In this document: positions 43,899-52,518 of the stretch, one piece after another
Numbering within the stretch: position 1 is the stretch's first letter
Layout: every line of letters begins with the position of its first letter
Assembly (NCBI GenBank): GCA_036266795.1
Contig: DATAXJ010000025.1
Span: 101,632 to 165,631 of the forward strand
Reading direction: 5' to 3'
DNA length: 64,000 nucleotides
DNA from: Steroidobacteraceae bacterium
GTDB lineage: Bacteria > Pseudomonadota > Gammaproteobacteria > Steroidobacterales > Steroidobacteraceae
Translations under genes and position numbers: made by a program
The notes under the pieces: generated by a model
What the model was told of the DNA's origin: nothing
What the model saw: only the letters and a program-made list of their open reading frames with translations
Databases searched by the model: none

Positions 43899-45134
43899 CT
43901 AGAAGTGGTAGAGCGCTTCGAGCCAACCCTGGAAGGCCTTGACTTGATAGTTGGCCGTTTCGGTCGTGCTGTAACTCGGGCTGGGAAAATCGTAGCGTCC
44001 TTCGATGCGCGCCTCGAAGTTCTTGATCGGATCGTAGCCGAAGGTCAGCGTGGCTTCCGCCAGCTTCTCGTCCATGGTCAGGACGCTCGTGTCGCCATCT
44101 ACGTTTACATTGGTCGACCACAATCCGGTCTCGTAACCGTCGGTATCGTCGAAGTATTCACCACGCAGCGATACCCGCCACTCGGGATTGATCGCATAAT
44201 TGAGGTACCCGGCGGCGCCCCACCAGGAGGCGGACGGCGAGGTTGCCGTGACACCTGCGCCGGCCGTCGAAGTGTTGCCGACATTGCCGTAATCGACGGT
44301 GCCGATCACCGTGAGCGCCGAGGTCGCAGTCCAGGTCACCACGGTGTCGAGCAGCAGCAGGTTGCCCTTGGTAGTACCTCCAGTTGGCGACCAGTTCAAG
44401 TTGTCGCGGCCGTAGTAGCCCTGCAGCGTCCAGCTCACCACCTTGTTCGGAGTGAAGGCCAGTCCCGCCTCGAAGGTCTTATCCGAGCCATCGGATATGT
44501 CCTGGCTCAACGTCCACCCGTTGTTGACGCCGAAGATCAAGTTCAGCATGCCATTGACGGCATACGTCGCCCGCACCCCGGTATGGGTGACCGGCTCAAA
44601 ATTGAACAGGATTGATCGCGTCACGTTGGTGTTGCCATTGGGCGCGAACACTTCGGCTCCCGCGAGCGTCGCAAACTTGCCCGCCTCAACGGTCCACGGC
44701 CCAGTGAGGTACTGGGCGAACGCCTGCATCAAGTACAACTGTGGTGAGGACTGGAAGAGCGTGTTGGTTTTACCGTTGAGCAGACCGTCGCCAATCGCCG
44801 CGTAGGGACTGGAGCCCTCGACGACGTTCACCAAGCCACCAAAACCCGTAGACGGTTGCATGGCCACCGTCAGTCCGGCTTGGTTCAAGGCAAAGCTGTT
44901 GTAGTCTGTTGGGACGCCCGCCGGCAGGCTCTCGTCAATGTGTGAATAGCCGAACGTAGCATCTACGTAACCGGTCTCAGTCAATCCCCACGCGGCCAGC
45001 GTATCGGCGAGAGAGGGGATCGGTGGCTTGGCGGGCGCCGCGGGCGCGCTGTCGGCCCATGCGGCACCAACCGCCGATAGCAGGGCCAGCGAAGTGGTCG
45101 CGGCCGCGAGAGAAATTCTGATCTTGCTATGCAT
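43899..45134 (-). CDS. Outer-membrane beta-barrel protein (OmpL-like porin-2 type)
   Basis: 411 aa; signal peptide ...ALLSAVGAAWAD, alternating strands, C-terminal ...WLEALYHF. Confidence 0.7.
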   Translation of the reverse strand: MHSKIRISLAAATTSLALLSAVGAAWADSAPAAPAKPPIPSLADTLAAWGLTETGYVDATFGYSHIDESLPAGVPTDYNSFALNQAGLTVAMQPSTGFGGLVNVVEGSSPYAAIGDGLLNGKTNTLFQSSPQLYLMQAFAQYLTGPWTVEAGKFATLAGAEVFAPNGNTNVTRSILFNFEPVTHTGVRATYAVNGMLNLIFGVNNGWTLSQDISDGSDKTFEAGLAFTPNKVVSWTLQGYYGRDNLNWSPTGGTTKGNLLLLDTVVTWTATSALTVIGTVDYGNVGNTSTAGAGVTATSPSASWWGAAGYLNYAINPEWRVSLRGEYFDDTDGYETGLWSTNVNVDGDTSVLTMDEKLAEATLTFGYDPIKNFEARIEGRYDFPSPSYSTTETANYQVKAFQGWLEALYHF

Positions 45135-45655
45135 GTCGTGCAGACTCCCAGACTGATAAATGGATGATGGTGCCGCTTACCCCAGTCGTCCGCTGCGCGC
45201 TATTGTTGCTTATTAACAATACCAATGTGCGCGGCACAAACCATTCGTATGTAGACGGTGTAATCCACAAGCTATATCACCCGATGTGGTCTTTTGCGGT
45301 ACAGCAGGCTCCCCAATGCGTGAGCGGGATGCAGTGTTCGTGCCAGGGGCGCTGGCGCGAACCACGCGACCGGCCTGGCGCGGCTTCCGTGGCTATAAAA
45401 AGACTCACTTTCCGCTGTTCGTCTTATTGGCCACCGCCGAATGCTCCACGCGTCCAGCGCTCGAACGCGGGGAGAAATCAGGGCGTGGCGGAGCGTTCGT
45501 GCACCGCTTCAGGGCTATAGAGGGCGCGAGCGCACCATCTTGCGGCAGGCAAGCCGCAACTCACGGCCGATCTCGAGGACCGGAACACGCTCCGATAATC
45601 ATGTTGCATATCAGACACATGATTTTGCTGCCGCCACGCGAGCCTGCGGCTATGG

Positions 45656-46399
45656 CTAATCAAAGTCCGTGCTTCGTGCCGGATCGCGGTAATGCGCAAA
45701 CATGCGGGCGATCTGCCACGGGTTGACGCGCCCGAGCGATAGCGGTGGCAAGTCGTCCGGCGCAAAGAATTGCACCTCGCTGGTCTCCAGGCTCGGCCGG
45801 GCGTTGCCCCCCACCAGCTCGCAGACGAAGAACATCTTGTAGATCGTGTAAGGATGCGGATATGCGTAGCCTTGGCGCTGCGAGTCCCACACCGCCGCGA
45901 GCTTGATGGCGCGAGCCTCGTAGCCGGATTCTTCGCGAATCTCTCGCTCGACACATTCGCCTGCCGACTGATTCACATCGGCCCAGCCTCCCGGCAAGGT
46001 CCAGCGCCCGTCGCTCGCCTCACGCACCATCAGGATCTGATCGTGGCGGATCACCGCGCCACGCACGTCGACCTTCGGCGTGGGATAGCCGAGGTCCTGC
46101 GCGAACAGCGCCTCCAGCGGTTCGAGCGCTGTGGCAGCGCCGACGGCCATCATCTGCAGCGCCAGGGTGCGCAAGCGCCGATAACGCTCGAGATCATAGG
46201 GGTCCTTCGAGAACGTCAGGCCGGTCTGTGCCATCGCCTGCAGCTCGCGCGCCCACGTCAGCCACCGCGGCTCCGCGACAGGCCCCGAGGGCTCGCTTGT
46301 ATCACCCGGGCCGTCAGGTCTACCCTGCGAGGTCACCGCCGCCTCCATTGCACGCTCTCGGCCTGCGACTGTAGAGTCATCGGCCCTCCGTCCACCCAT
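45656..46399 (-). CDS. NUDIX hydrolase with NUDIX N-terminal helper domain
   Basis: 247 aa; ...WLTWARELQAMAQTGLTFSKDPYDLERYRRL..., Nudix box GGWADVNQSAGECVEREIREESG. Confidence 0.8.
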   Translation of the reverse strand: MGGRRADDSTVAGRERAMEAAVTSQGRPDGPGDTSEPSGPVAEPRWLTWARELQAMAQTGLTFSKDPYDLERYRRLRTLALQMMAVGAATALEPLEALFAQDLGYPTPKVDVRGAVIRHDQILMVREASDGRWTLPGGWADVNQSAGECVEREIREESGYEARAIKLAAVWDSQRQGYAYPHPYTIYKMFFVCELVGGNARPSLETSEVQFFAPDDLPPLSLGRVNPWQIARMFAHYRDPARSTDFD

Positions 46400-46416
46400 T
46401 CATCAAGGAGCCGCCC

Positions 46417-46848
46417 ATGAAGCGTACTGCATCGGCGATCTGGTCCGGCGATCTGAAGTCGGGACACGGAGCACTCGCGACGCACAGCGGCGTGCTCAAA
46501 GAAACCCCCTACGGTTTTGCTTCACGCTTTGAAAGCTCCCCGGGTACCAATCCCGAGGAGCTGATCGCAGCGGCACATGCAGGCTGTTTCACGATGGCGC
46601 TGTCGGCCGCGCTGGGCCGCTCGGGCTTTACGCCCAAGCGACTGGCGACGCAGGCGAGCGTCTCGCTGGAACAGGTCGCAGGCAACTGGACCATCACCAG
46701 CGTGCACCTGCAGACGGAAGCCTGGATACCTGGGATTGACGAGGCGAAGTTCCAGCAGATCGCAGCCGACGCCAAGGCCAATTGCCCGGTATCGCGCCTG
46801 CTGCGGGCGGAGATCTCGCTGTCGGCCAAGCTCGAGGACGGCGGCTGA
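46417..46848 (+). CDS. osmC: OsmC family peroxiredoxin
   Basis: 143 aa; ...TNPEELIAAAHAGCFTMAL..., ...AKANCPVSRLL. Confidence 0.85.
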   Translation: MKRTASAIWSGDLKSGHGALATHSGVLKETPYGFASRFESSPGTNPEELIAAAHAGCFTMALSAALGRSGFTPKRLATQASVSLEQVAGNWTITSVHLQTEAWIPGIDEAKFQQIAADAKANCPVSRLLRAEISLSAKLEDGG

Positions 46849-46925
46849 GCGCGTCGGAGAGCTCCCACTCTCGCGCGCGTCAGCGCGCACTGCGCTGCCG
46901 GCGAGCAGCCGGCTAGGATGGCGTC

Positions 46926-47231
46926 ATGAGCAACCGAGCACTGATGGGTTTGGGTGGCCAGGCAGTCGCGCGCTCGCGCGGGGCCTGGGGCTTTACGGCC
47001 GGCGTTTTGGTCGGCCTGACCGGTGCAATTGCCGGCCTGACACTGGCCGTTGCGGCACAACGGCGTACACGGCGGCAAAGCGTAGCTGCCGGTTCTGGTG
47101 CGCCCTCGGACGGCGCTCAGGACTCCGACGAGCAGCGGGCAGAACAGGCAGAACAAAACCAGCTGGACGAGGAACTCGCCCAGACATTCCCAGCCAGCGA
47201 CCCGCTACCGCAGTCGCACCGGGTGGATTAG
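46926..47231 (+). CDS. Hypothetical membrane protein with acidic tail
   Basis: 101 aa; one TM (FTAGVLVGLTGAIAGLTLAVAA); C-terminal ...ELAQTFPASDPLP. Confidence 0.4.
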   Translation: MSNRALMGLGGQAVARSRGAWGFTAGVLVGLTGAIAGLTLAVAAQRRTRRQSVAAGSGAPSDGAQDSDEQRAEQAEQNQLDEELAQTFPASDPLPQSHRVD

Positions 47232-47319
47232 GCCGCAAGGCCTCGGCGCGGCACGCCGCAACGCCGAGAGATCGCGGCAGCCCGCCACTGTGGCGACAGG
47301 CTGCCGCGGACAACAAGCC

Positions 47320-47511
47320 TTACTTCGGGGGCGAGCTGCTGTCGGAGCTGCTGGAGCTCTTCTTGCTGCCCTTCTTGCTGTGGTGCTTGGTGTGCTTGGT
47401 TTTGGTGGTCGTGGTCGTCGTGTCGCTGCTGGAGTCGGCAGCGGACGCGAGGAGCGGCGCACCGGCCAGGGTAGCAGCCAGAACCGCCAGTACTGCAACG
47501 TTGAACTTCAT
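47320..47511 (-). CDS. Small secreted Ser/Thr/Lys-rich low-complexity protein
   Basis: 63 aa; signal peptide MKFNVAVLAVLAATLAGAPLLASA; AAGGAC 9 nt upstream. Confidence 0.45.
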   Translation of the reverse strand: MKFNVAVLAVLAATLAGAPLLASAADSSSDTTTTTTKTKHTKHHSKKGSKKSSSSSDSSSPPK

Positions 47512-47659
47512 CGGTTTAGGTCCTTAACGAGTGATGGAACTGTCAGCCTCGAGGGCTGAGTCCCGATTTTACAGCGAAATTGAGCGTAAAGGCGGCAACC
47601 TTAACGAGTGCTTAACGGCTTTGGGGGAACTTTCCGCACCCCGGCCGGCGACGGGCACG

Positions 47660-48607
47660 TCAAGTGCGCAGTTCGTGACGGTTTTGGCGATACCAGGCAT
47701 AGGTCGCCGCCAGACCCTCGCTGAGCGGCAGTCGCGCCCGCCATCCCCGCGCCGTGAGGCGCGAGACGTCGAGCAGCTTGCGGGGGGTACCGTCCGGGCG
47801 GGTCGAATCGAAGCGCAGGCTGCCGGTGAACCCCACGGTCCGGGCCACCTGCTCTGCCAGCTCCGCGATACTCACGTCCTGCCCCCAGCCGATATTGATC
47901 GGGTCAAGCTCGCTGTAGTGCTGCATCAGGAACAGACAGGCATCGGCCAGGTCATCCACGTGCAGGAACTCGCGCCGGGGCCGTCCCGTCCCCCAGACCT
48001 CCACCACGTCGGCCCCGCGCTCGCGTGCCTCGTCGCACTTGCGCATCAGCGCCGGCAGCACGTGCGCATCGGTCAGACTGAAATTGTCACCGGGCCCATA
48101 GAGATTCGTCGGCATTGCGCTGATGGCGTCGAAGCCGTACTGCTGGCGGTACGCCTGGCACATCTTCAGGCCGGCGATCTTGGCGATCGCATACCACTCG
48201 TTGGTAGTCTCGAGCGCACCGGTCAGCAGGTACTCCTCGCGCATCGGCTGAGGTGCATCGCGCGGGTAGATGCAGCTGGAGCCGAGGAACAGCAGCTTCA
48301 CCGCCCCGTGTCGCCAGGCCGCATCGATGACGTTGGTCTGGATCTGCAGATTTTCAGCCAGGAACTGCGCCGGGTGGCTGCGATTGGCCTCGATACCCCC
48401 GACACGGGCAGCCGCGAGGAACACCAGCTGCGGCCGCTCCGCGGCGAAAAAGCGCTCGACCTGATCCTGCCGGCGCAGATCCAGCTGCTCACGCGTCGGC
48501 AGCAGCAGTCGGCGCGCGCCCGCGGCGCGCAGACGGCGCACCATGGCCGAGCCGACCAGGCCCCCATGGCCGGCCACGTAGATGGGACTGTCGTGCAGCT
48601 CGCCCAC
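47660..48607 (-). CDS. fcl: GDP-L-fucose synthase
   Basis: 315 aa; VAGHGGLVGSA..., ...GSSCIYP..., YAIAKIAG. Confidence 0.9.
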   Translation of the reverse strand: MGELHDSPIYVAGHGGLVGSAMVRRLRAAGARRLLLPTREQLDLRRQDQVERFFAAERPQLVFLAAARVGGIEANRSHPAQFLAENLQIQTNVIDAAWRHGAVKLLFLGSSCIYPRDAPQPMREEYLLTGALETTNEWYAIAKIAGLKMCQAYRQQYGFDAISAMPTNLYGPGDNFSLTDAHVLPALMRKCDEARERGADVVEVWGTGRPRREFLHVDDLADACLFLMQHYSELDPINIGWGQDVSIAELAEQVARTVGFTGSLRFDSTRPDGTPRKLLDVSRLTARGWRARLPLSEGLAATYAWYRQNRHELRT

Positions 48608-48610
48608 GGC

Positions 48611-49696
48611 CTATTCGCGATGCTGGTAGGTCTTGAAGCCCTCGCGGGCGATGAGCGCATCGCGACGGGCGATCGCCAGATCCTCGTTGATCATCTCCTC
48701 AACCAACTGCGGAAAACCAATCTGCGGCTGCCAGCCGAGCACACGACGCGCCTTGGCGGCATCCCCCAGCAGCGTATCGACCTCCGTGGGGCGGAAGTAG
48801 CGCGGATCGACGCGAATGATGGTGCGGCCCGTATCCGCCAGCACGCCCTGTTCGGCAACGCCGCTGCCGTGCCATTCGAGCCGCATGCCGAGCAGCTGCG
48901 CCGCGCGCTCACAGAACTCGCGCACCGAGTGCTGCTCGCCGGTGGCAATCACGAAGTCCTCCGCGCTCTCCTGTTGCAGCATCAGCCACTGTGCGCGCAC
49001 GAAATCGCGTGCATGGCCCCAGTCGCGTCGCGCATCGAGATTACCGAGGTAGAGACAATCCTCGAGACCCTCGTGCAGCCGCGCGAGCCCGCGAGTGATC
49101 TTGCGCGTGACGAAGGTCTCGCCGCGCACCGCCGACTCGTGATTGAACAGGATGCCGTTGCAGGCGAACATGCCGTAGGCCTCGCGGTAGTTCACCGTGA
49201 TCCAATAGGCGTATACCTTCGCCGCACCATAGGGAGAGCGCGGGTAGAACGGCGTCGTCTCGCGCTGCGGAGTCTCCTGAACCCGCCCGAACATTTCCGA
49301 GGTCGAAGCCTGATAAAACCGCGTCCGCTCACTCAGCCCCAGGATGCGGATCGCCTCCAGCAACCGCAGCGTGCCGAGCGCATCGGCATTGGCAGTGTAC
49401 TCAGGTGTCTCGAAGGACACGGCCACATGGCTTTGCGCTGCAAGGTTGTAAATCTCATCCGGCTGCACCTGCTGGATGATGCGGATCAAATTGGTGGCGT
49501 CGGTCAGATCACCGTAGTGCAGATGCAGGCGCACGTGCGAGCCATGCGGATCCTGATAGAGATGGTCGATGCGATCGGTGTTGAAGGAGGACGCACGCCG
49601 CTTGATGCCGTGCACCTCGTAGCCCTTGTCGAGCAGCAACTCGGCGAGATAGGCACCGTCCTGGCCGGTGATACCCGTGATCAATGCACGTTTCAT
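48611..49696 (-). CDS. gmd: GDP-mannose 4,6-dehydratase
   Basis: 361 aa; [40 protein letters not shown]; [10 protein letters not shown]. Confidence 0.9.
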   Translation of the reverse strand: MKRALITGITGQDGAYLAELLLDKGYEVHGIKRRASSFNTDRIDHLYQDPHGSHVRLHLHYGDLTDATNLIRIIQQVQPDEIYNLAAQSHVAVSFETPEYTANADALGTLRLLEAIRILGLSERTRFYQASTSEMFGRVQETPQRETTPFYPRSPYGAAKVYAYWITVNYREAYGMFACNGILFNHESAVRGETFVTRKITRGLARLHEGLEDCLYLGNLDARRDWGHARDFVRAQWLMLQQESAEDFVIATGEQHSVREFCERAAQLLGMRLEWHGSGVAEQGVLADTGRTIIRVDPRYFRPTEVDTLLGDAAKARRVLGWQPQIGFPQLVEEMINEDLAIARRDALIAREGFKTYQHRE

Positions 49697-49820
49697 TAAA
49701 TGGTAACAACCTTGGAAATCCGGCCATAGGCAGCGATGCCGTCGTGCGAGCGCAGATTACCGGCAACAGTGCGGGTTATAAAGCCTTGATCAGCGCCAAG
49801 CCTCGATCAGCGCCGACGCG

Positions 49821-49854
49821 GGGCAAATGTGACATGTCGCTGTCACATTTGCCC
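49821..49854 (-). terminator. Perfect 14-bp stem hairpin downstream of the DUF1993 gene
   Basis: GGGCAAATGTGACA (49821-49834) pairs with TGTCACATTTGCCC (49841-49854), 6-nt loop, 22 nt after the stop at 49876. No U-tract. Confidence 0.45.
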
Positions 49855-49875
49855 GGCGCCCGGATCGGGGATTCC

Positions 49876-50385
49876 TCAGCCGTTGCCCAGAAAATCGCCC
49901 TTGCCGACCTTCACCCCGGCATGGCGCAGGATGTTGTAGGCGGTGGTGCAGTGGAAATACACATTAGGCGTGGCGAAGGACGTCAGATACTCCAGCCCGC
50001 TCTTGAACTCGAAGGTGCGATGGGGGAACTTCAGCGTCAGGGGGCGCTCCGCCGCGCCCTCGAACTGGTGCGCAGACAGGCCCTTCAGGAAGGCGAGCGT
50101 CTTTTCGATACGCTCGCGAAACTGCGCGAAGGTCGTCTCGTTGTCCTCGAACTTCGGTGACTCGACCTGCGCGAGGCGCGCAGCGGCTCCCTTGGCGTTG
50201 TCTGTGGCGATTTGTATCTGCTTGCTCAGTGGCAGCATGTCCGGATACAGACGCATGCCGAGCAGTACGCTCGGATCGATCTTGTCGTTCTCGGCGTGCG
50301 CGCGTCCCTTTTCGAGTACGGCGCCCAGCGCGCCCAGCGCGCGGACATAGGGTGGGACGGTTACATCATAAATAGACAGGTTCAT
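49876..50385 (-). CDS. DUF1993 domain protein
   Basis: 169 aa; ...LYPDMLPLSKQIQIATD.AKG..ARL......FED.E.TF..L..RI.KT..FL.... Confidence 0.8.
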   Translation of the reverse strand: MNLSIYDVTVPPYVRALGALGAVLEKGRAHAENDKIDPSVLLGMRLYPDMLPLSKQIQIATDNAKGAAARLAQVESPKFEDNETTFAQFRERIEKTLAFLKGLSAHQFEGAAERPLTLKFPHRTFEFKSGLEYLTSFATPNVYFHCTTAYNILRHAGVKVGKGDFLGNG

Positions 50386-51835
50386 GCTGGAGCTCCCCTT
50401 GTTTGGGCACGGCGGGCGCCGGCCGGTCGATCGGCCGCGTATCCTGCCCGAGCACGATAGAAGCCCGCAAGCCGGGATGATTGTCCTGCAGCTCGAGCAT
50501 AGTGCCGTGCAAGCGTGCCACCGCCTCGACGAGACTCAGCCCCAGCCCCACGCCTGGCGTGCCTCGACTGGCATCGCCGCGGTAGAAACGCTCGATGACC
50601 TTCCTGCGATCGGCCTCGGCGATACCCGGGCCACTGTCGGCCACCGCGACCTCGATGCGCTGACCGCCCTGACGGCTGACGGACACGATGATGTTGCCAC
50701 CTGCCGGGGTGTACTTGAGCGCATTGTCGATCAGATTGCTGATTGCCTGCGCCAGCAGCACCGGATCGCCGCGCACCGGGGCGATGTCGGCGCGCAGTAG
50801 CTGCAGCCGTGCACCCTTGAGCTCCCCGGCCGGCTGGTAGAAATCCACGGCGGCCGCGGCGATCTCGCCCAGATCCACCGGTATGAACCCCGAACGGCGC
50901 ATGCCGCTGTCGATCTCGGCGAGCCGTAGCAGCGCGTTGAAGATGCTGATGACCCGGTCGACGTCACTGACCGCCGCTTCGATCTCCGCGAAGGTGTGCT
51001 CGGGCGTTGGCCGTGTCAGCGACAATTCCTCCAGCCGTACGCGCAGCTCCGCCAGCGGCGTGCGCAGATCATGGGCCACGGCATTGGAGACGTTGCGCAC
51101 GCCGTGCACGAGCTGCTCGATCTGATTGAGCATGCCATTGATGGTCTGGGACAGTGTGTTGAGCTCATCACCCACTGGCTCGGCGGGCAGCCGATGCTTC
51201 AGATCCCCGAGCATGATGGCCGAGACGGTCTGGCGCACGAGGTGCACACGCGCCATGAGCGCATGGCGTATCAGGATGCCGCCGAGCGCCCCGAAGGTGG
51301 AGAGGATGACGGCCGCGCCGAGCAACGCATACCAGAAACGCTGCTCCAGCGGCACGTAGAACTCCGTGTCGCGTCCTACCAGCAGGTGATAGCCGCCGGG
51401 CAACTTTAGATGCACGAGCGCGACGTCGGCGGCATGCCCCTCCAGCTGCAGACTTAGCGTATTGAACCCCGGAGTCAGCGGCACCTGCGAGGGCCAGCGG
51501 TCGATATTGCCGGCCAGAGGCTTGAGGTGCGGATCGGCGAACAGCAGCAGCCGCTCATTGGCGATCTGCAGTCCCACCCGTTCGGACAGCACGCCCGCCA
51601 GCGCCTGAGGGCCCTCGCGAAGGAATACCTGGGCGAGCCGTTGCGCATCGGCCTGCAGGATCGCCATGCGGCTGTCCTCGATGGTGACGCGCCAGGCGTA
51701 CCAAAGAGGCGCAGCGAATAGCGCCAGGGCCAACAGTCCCAGCCCGATGTAACCCACCGACAGTTTCAGCGCCGAGGAACGCAATGCCCACACGTGCCGG
51801 GGCCCCCCATCATGTAGGTTCAAGCGCACCTCCAT
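50366..51835 (-). CDS. Sensor histidine kinase (HAMP plus HisKA plus HATPase)
   Basis: Start MEVRLNL at 51835 (3 nt after the RR stop); H-box VSNAVAHDLRTPL; N, G1, G2 boxes (NLIDNALKYTP, VADSGPGI, GVGLGLSLV). Confidence 0.85.
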   Translation of the reverse strand: MEVRLNLHDGGPRHVWALRSSALKLSVGYIGLGLLALALFAAPLWYAWRVTIEDSRMAILQADAQRLAQVFLREGPQALAGVLSERVGLQIANERLLLFADPHLKPLAGNIDRWPSQVPLTPGFNTLSLQLEGHAADVALVHLKLPGGYHLLVGRDTEFYVPLEQRFWYALLGAAVILSTFGALGGILIRHALMARVHLVRQTVSAIMLGDLKHRLPAEPVGDELNTLSQTINGMLNQIEQLVHGVRNVSNAVAHDLRTPLAELRVRLEELSLTRPTPEHTFAEIEAAVSDVDRVISIFNALLRLAEIDSGMRRSGFIPVDLGEIAAAAVDFYQPAGELKGARLQLLRADIAPVRGDPVLLAQAISNLIDNALKYTPAGGNIIVSVSRQGGQRIEVAVADSGPGIAEADRRKVIERFYRGDASRGTPGVGLGLSLVEAVARLHGTMLELQDNHPGLRASIVLGQDTRPIDRPAPAVPKQGELQHEPVYL

Positions 51836-51837
51836 GC

Positions 51838-52518
51838 TCAATCGTGAGAGCTCAGTGTGTAGCCCGCGTTGCGTACCGTGCGCAGCAGCGAACGATCGAA
51901 GTCCGCATCGATTTTCTGGCGCAGCTTGCTGATATGCACGTCGATCAGATTGGTCTGCGGATCGAAGTGATAATCCCATACATTCTCGAGCAGCATGGTG
52001 CGCGTGACGACCTGGTCCGCATGACGCATCAGGTACTCGAGTAGCTTGAACTCGCGCGGCTGCAGCACGATATCGCGCTCCCCGCGTGTCACCTTGCGGG
52101 TGAGCAAATCCATCCGCAGGTCAGCCACCTCGAGGCGCGTCTGCACACTCTCGGCCTGGGAGCGCCGCGTCAGGGCATCGAGTCGCGCCAGCAGCTCGCC
52201 AAACGCGAACGGCTTGGTCAGATAGTCGTCCCCACCCGCACGCAGACCACGAATGCGCTCATCGACATCCGAGAGGGCACTGAGAATGAGAATCGGGGTG
52301 CGCTTGCCGGCCTTGCGCAGCGCCTCGATGATCGCCAGCCCGTCGATATCTCCCGGCAGCATGCGATCGAGCACGATGGCATCGTAAGGCTCGCTGGCCG
52401 CGAGAAACATGCCGTCCCGGCCGTTGCCTGCATGATCGGCCGTGTGTCCCGATTCCGCCAACCCCTTGAGCACGAACTGCGTGACGCGCTCGTTGTCCTC
52501 AACGAGCAGCACCTTCAT
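51838..52518 (-). CDS. OmpR-family response regulator
   Basis: 226 aa; MKVLLVEDN...DAIVLDRMLPG.DG...LTKPF...; winged-helix C-terminus. Confidence 0.9.
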   Translation of the reverse strand: MKVLLVEDNERVTQFVLKGLAESGHTADHAGNGRDGMFLAASEPYDAIVLDRMLPGDIDGLAIIEALRKAGKRTPILILSALSDVDERIRGLRAGGDDYLTKPFAFGELLARLDALTRRSQAESVQTRLEVADLRMDLLTRKVTRGERDIVLQPREFKLLEYLMRHADQVVTRTMLLENVWDYHFDPQTNLIDVHISKLRQKIDADFDRSLLRTVRNAGYTLSSHD

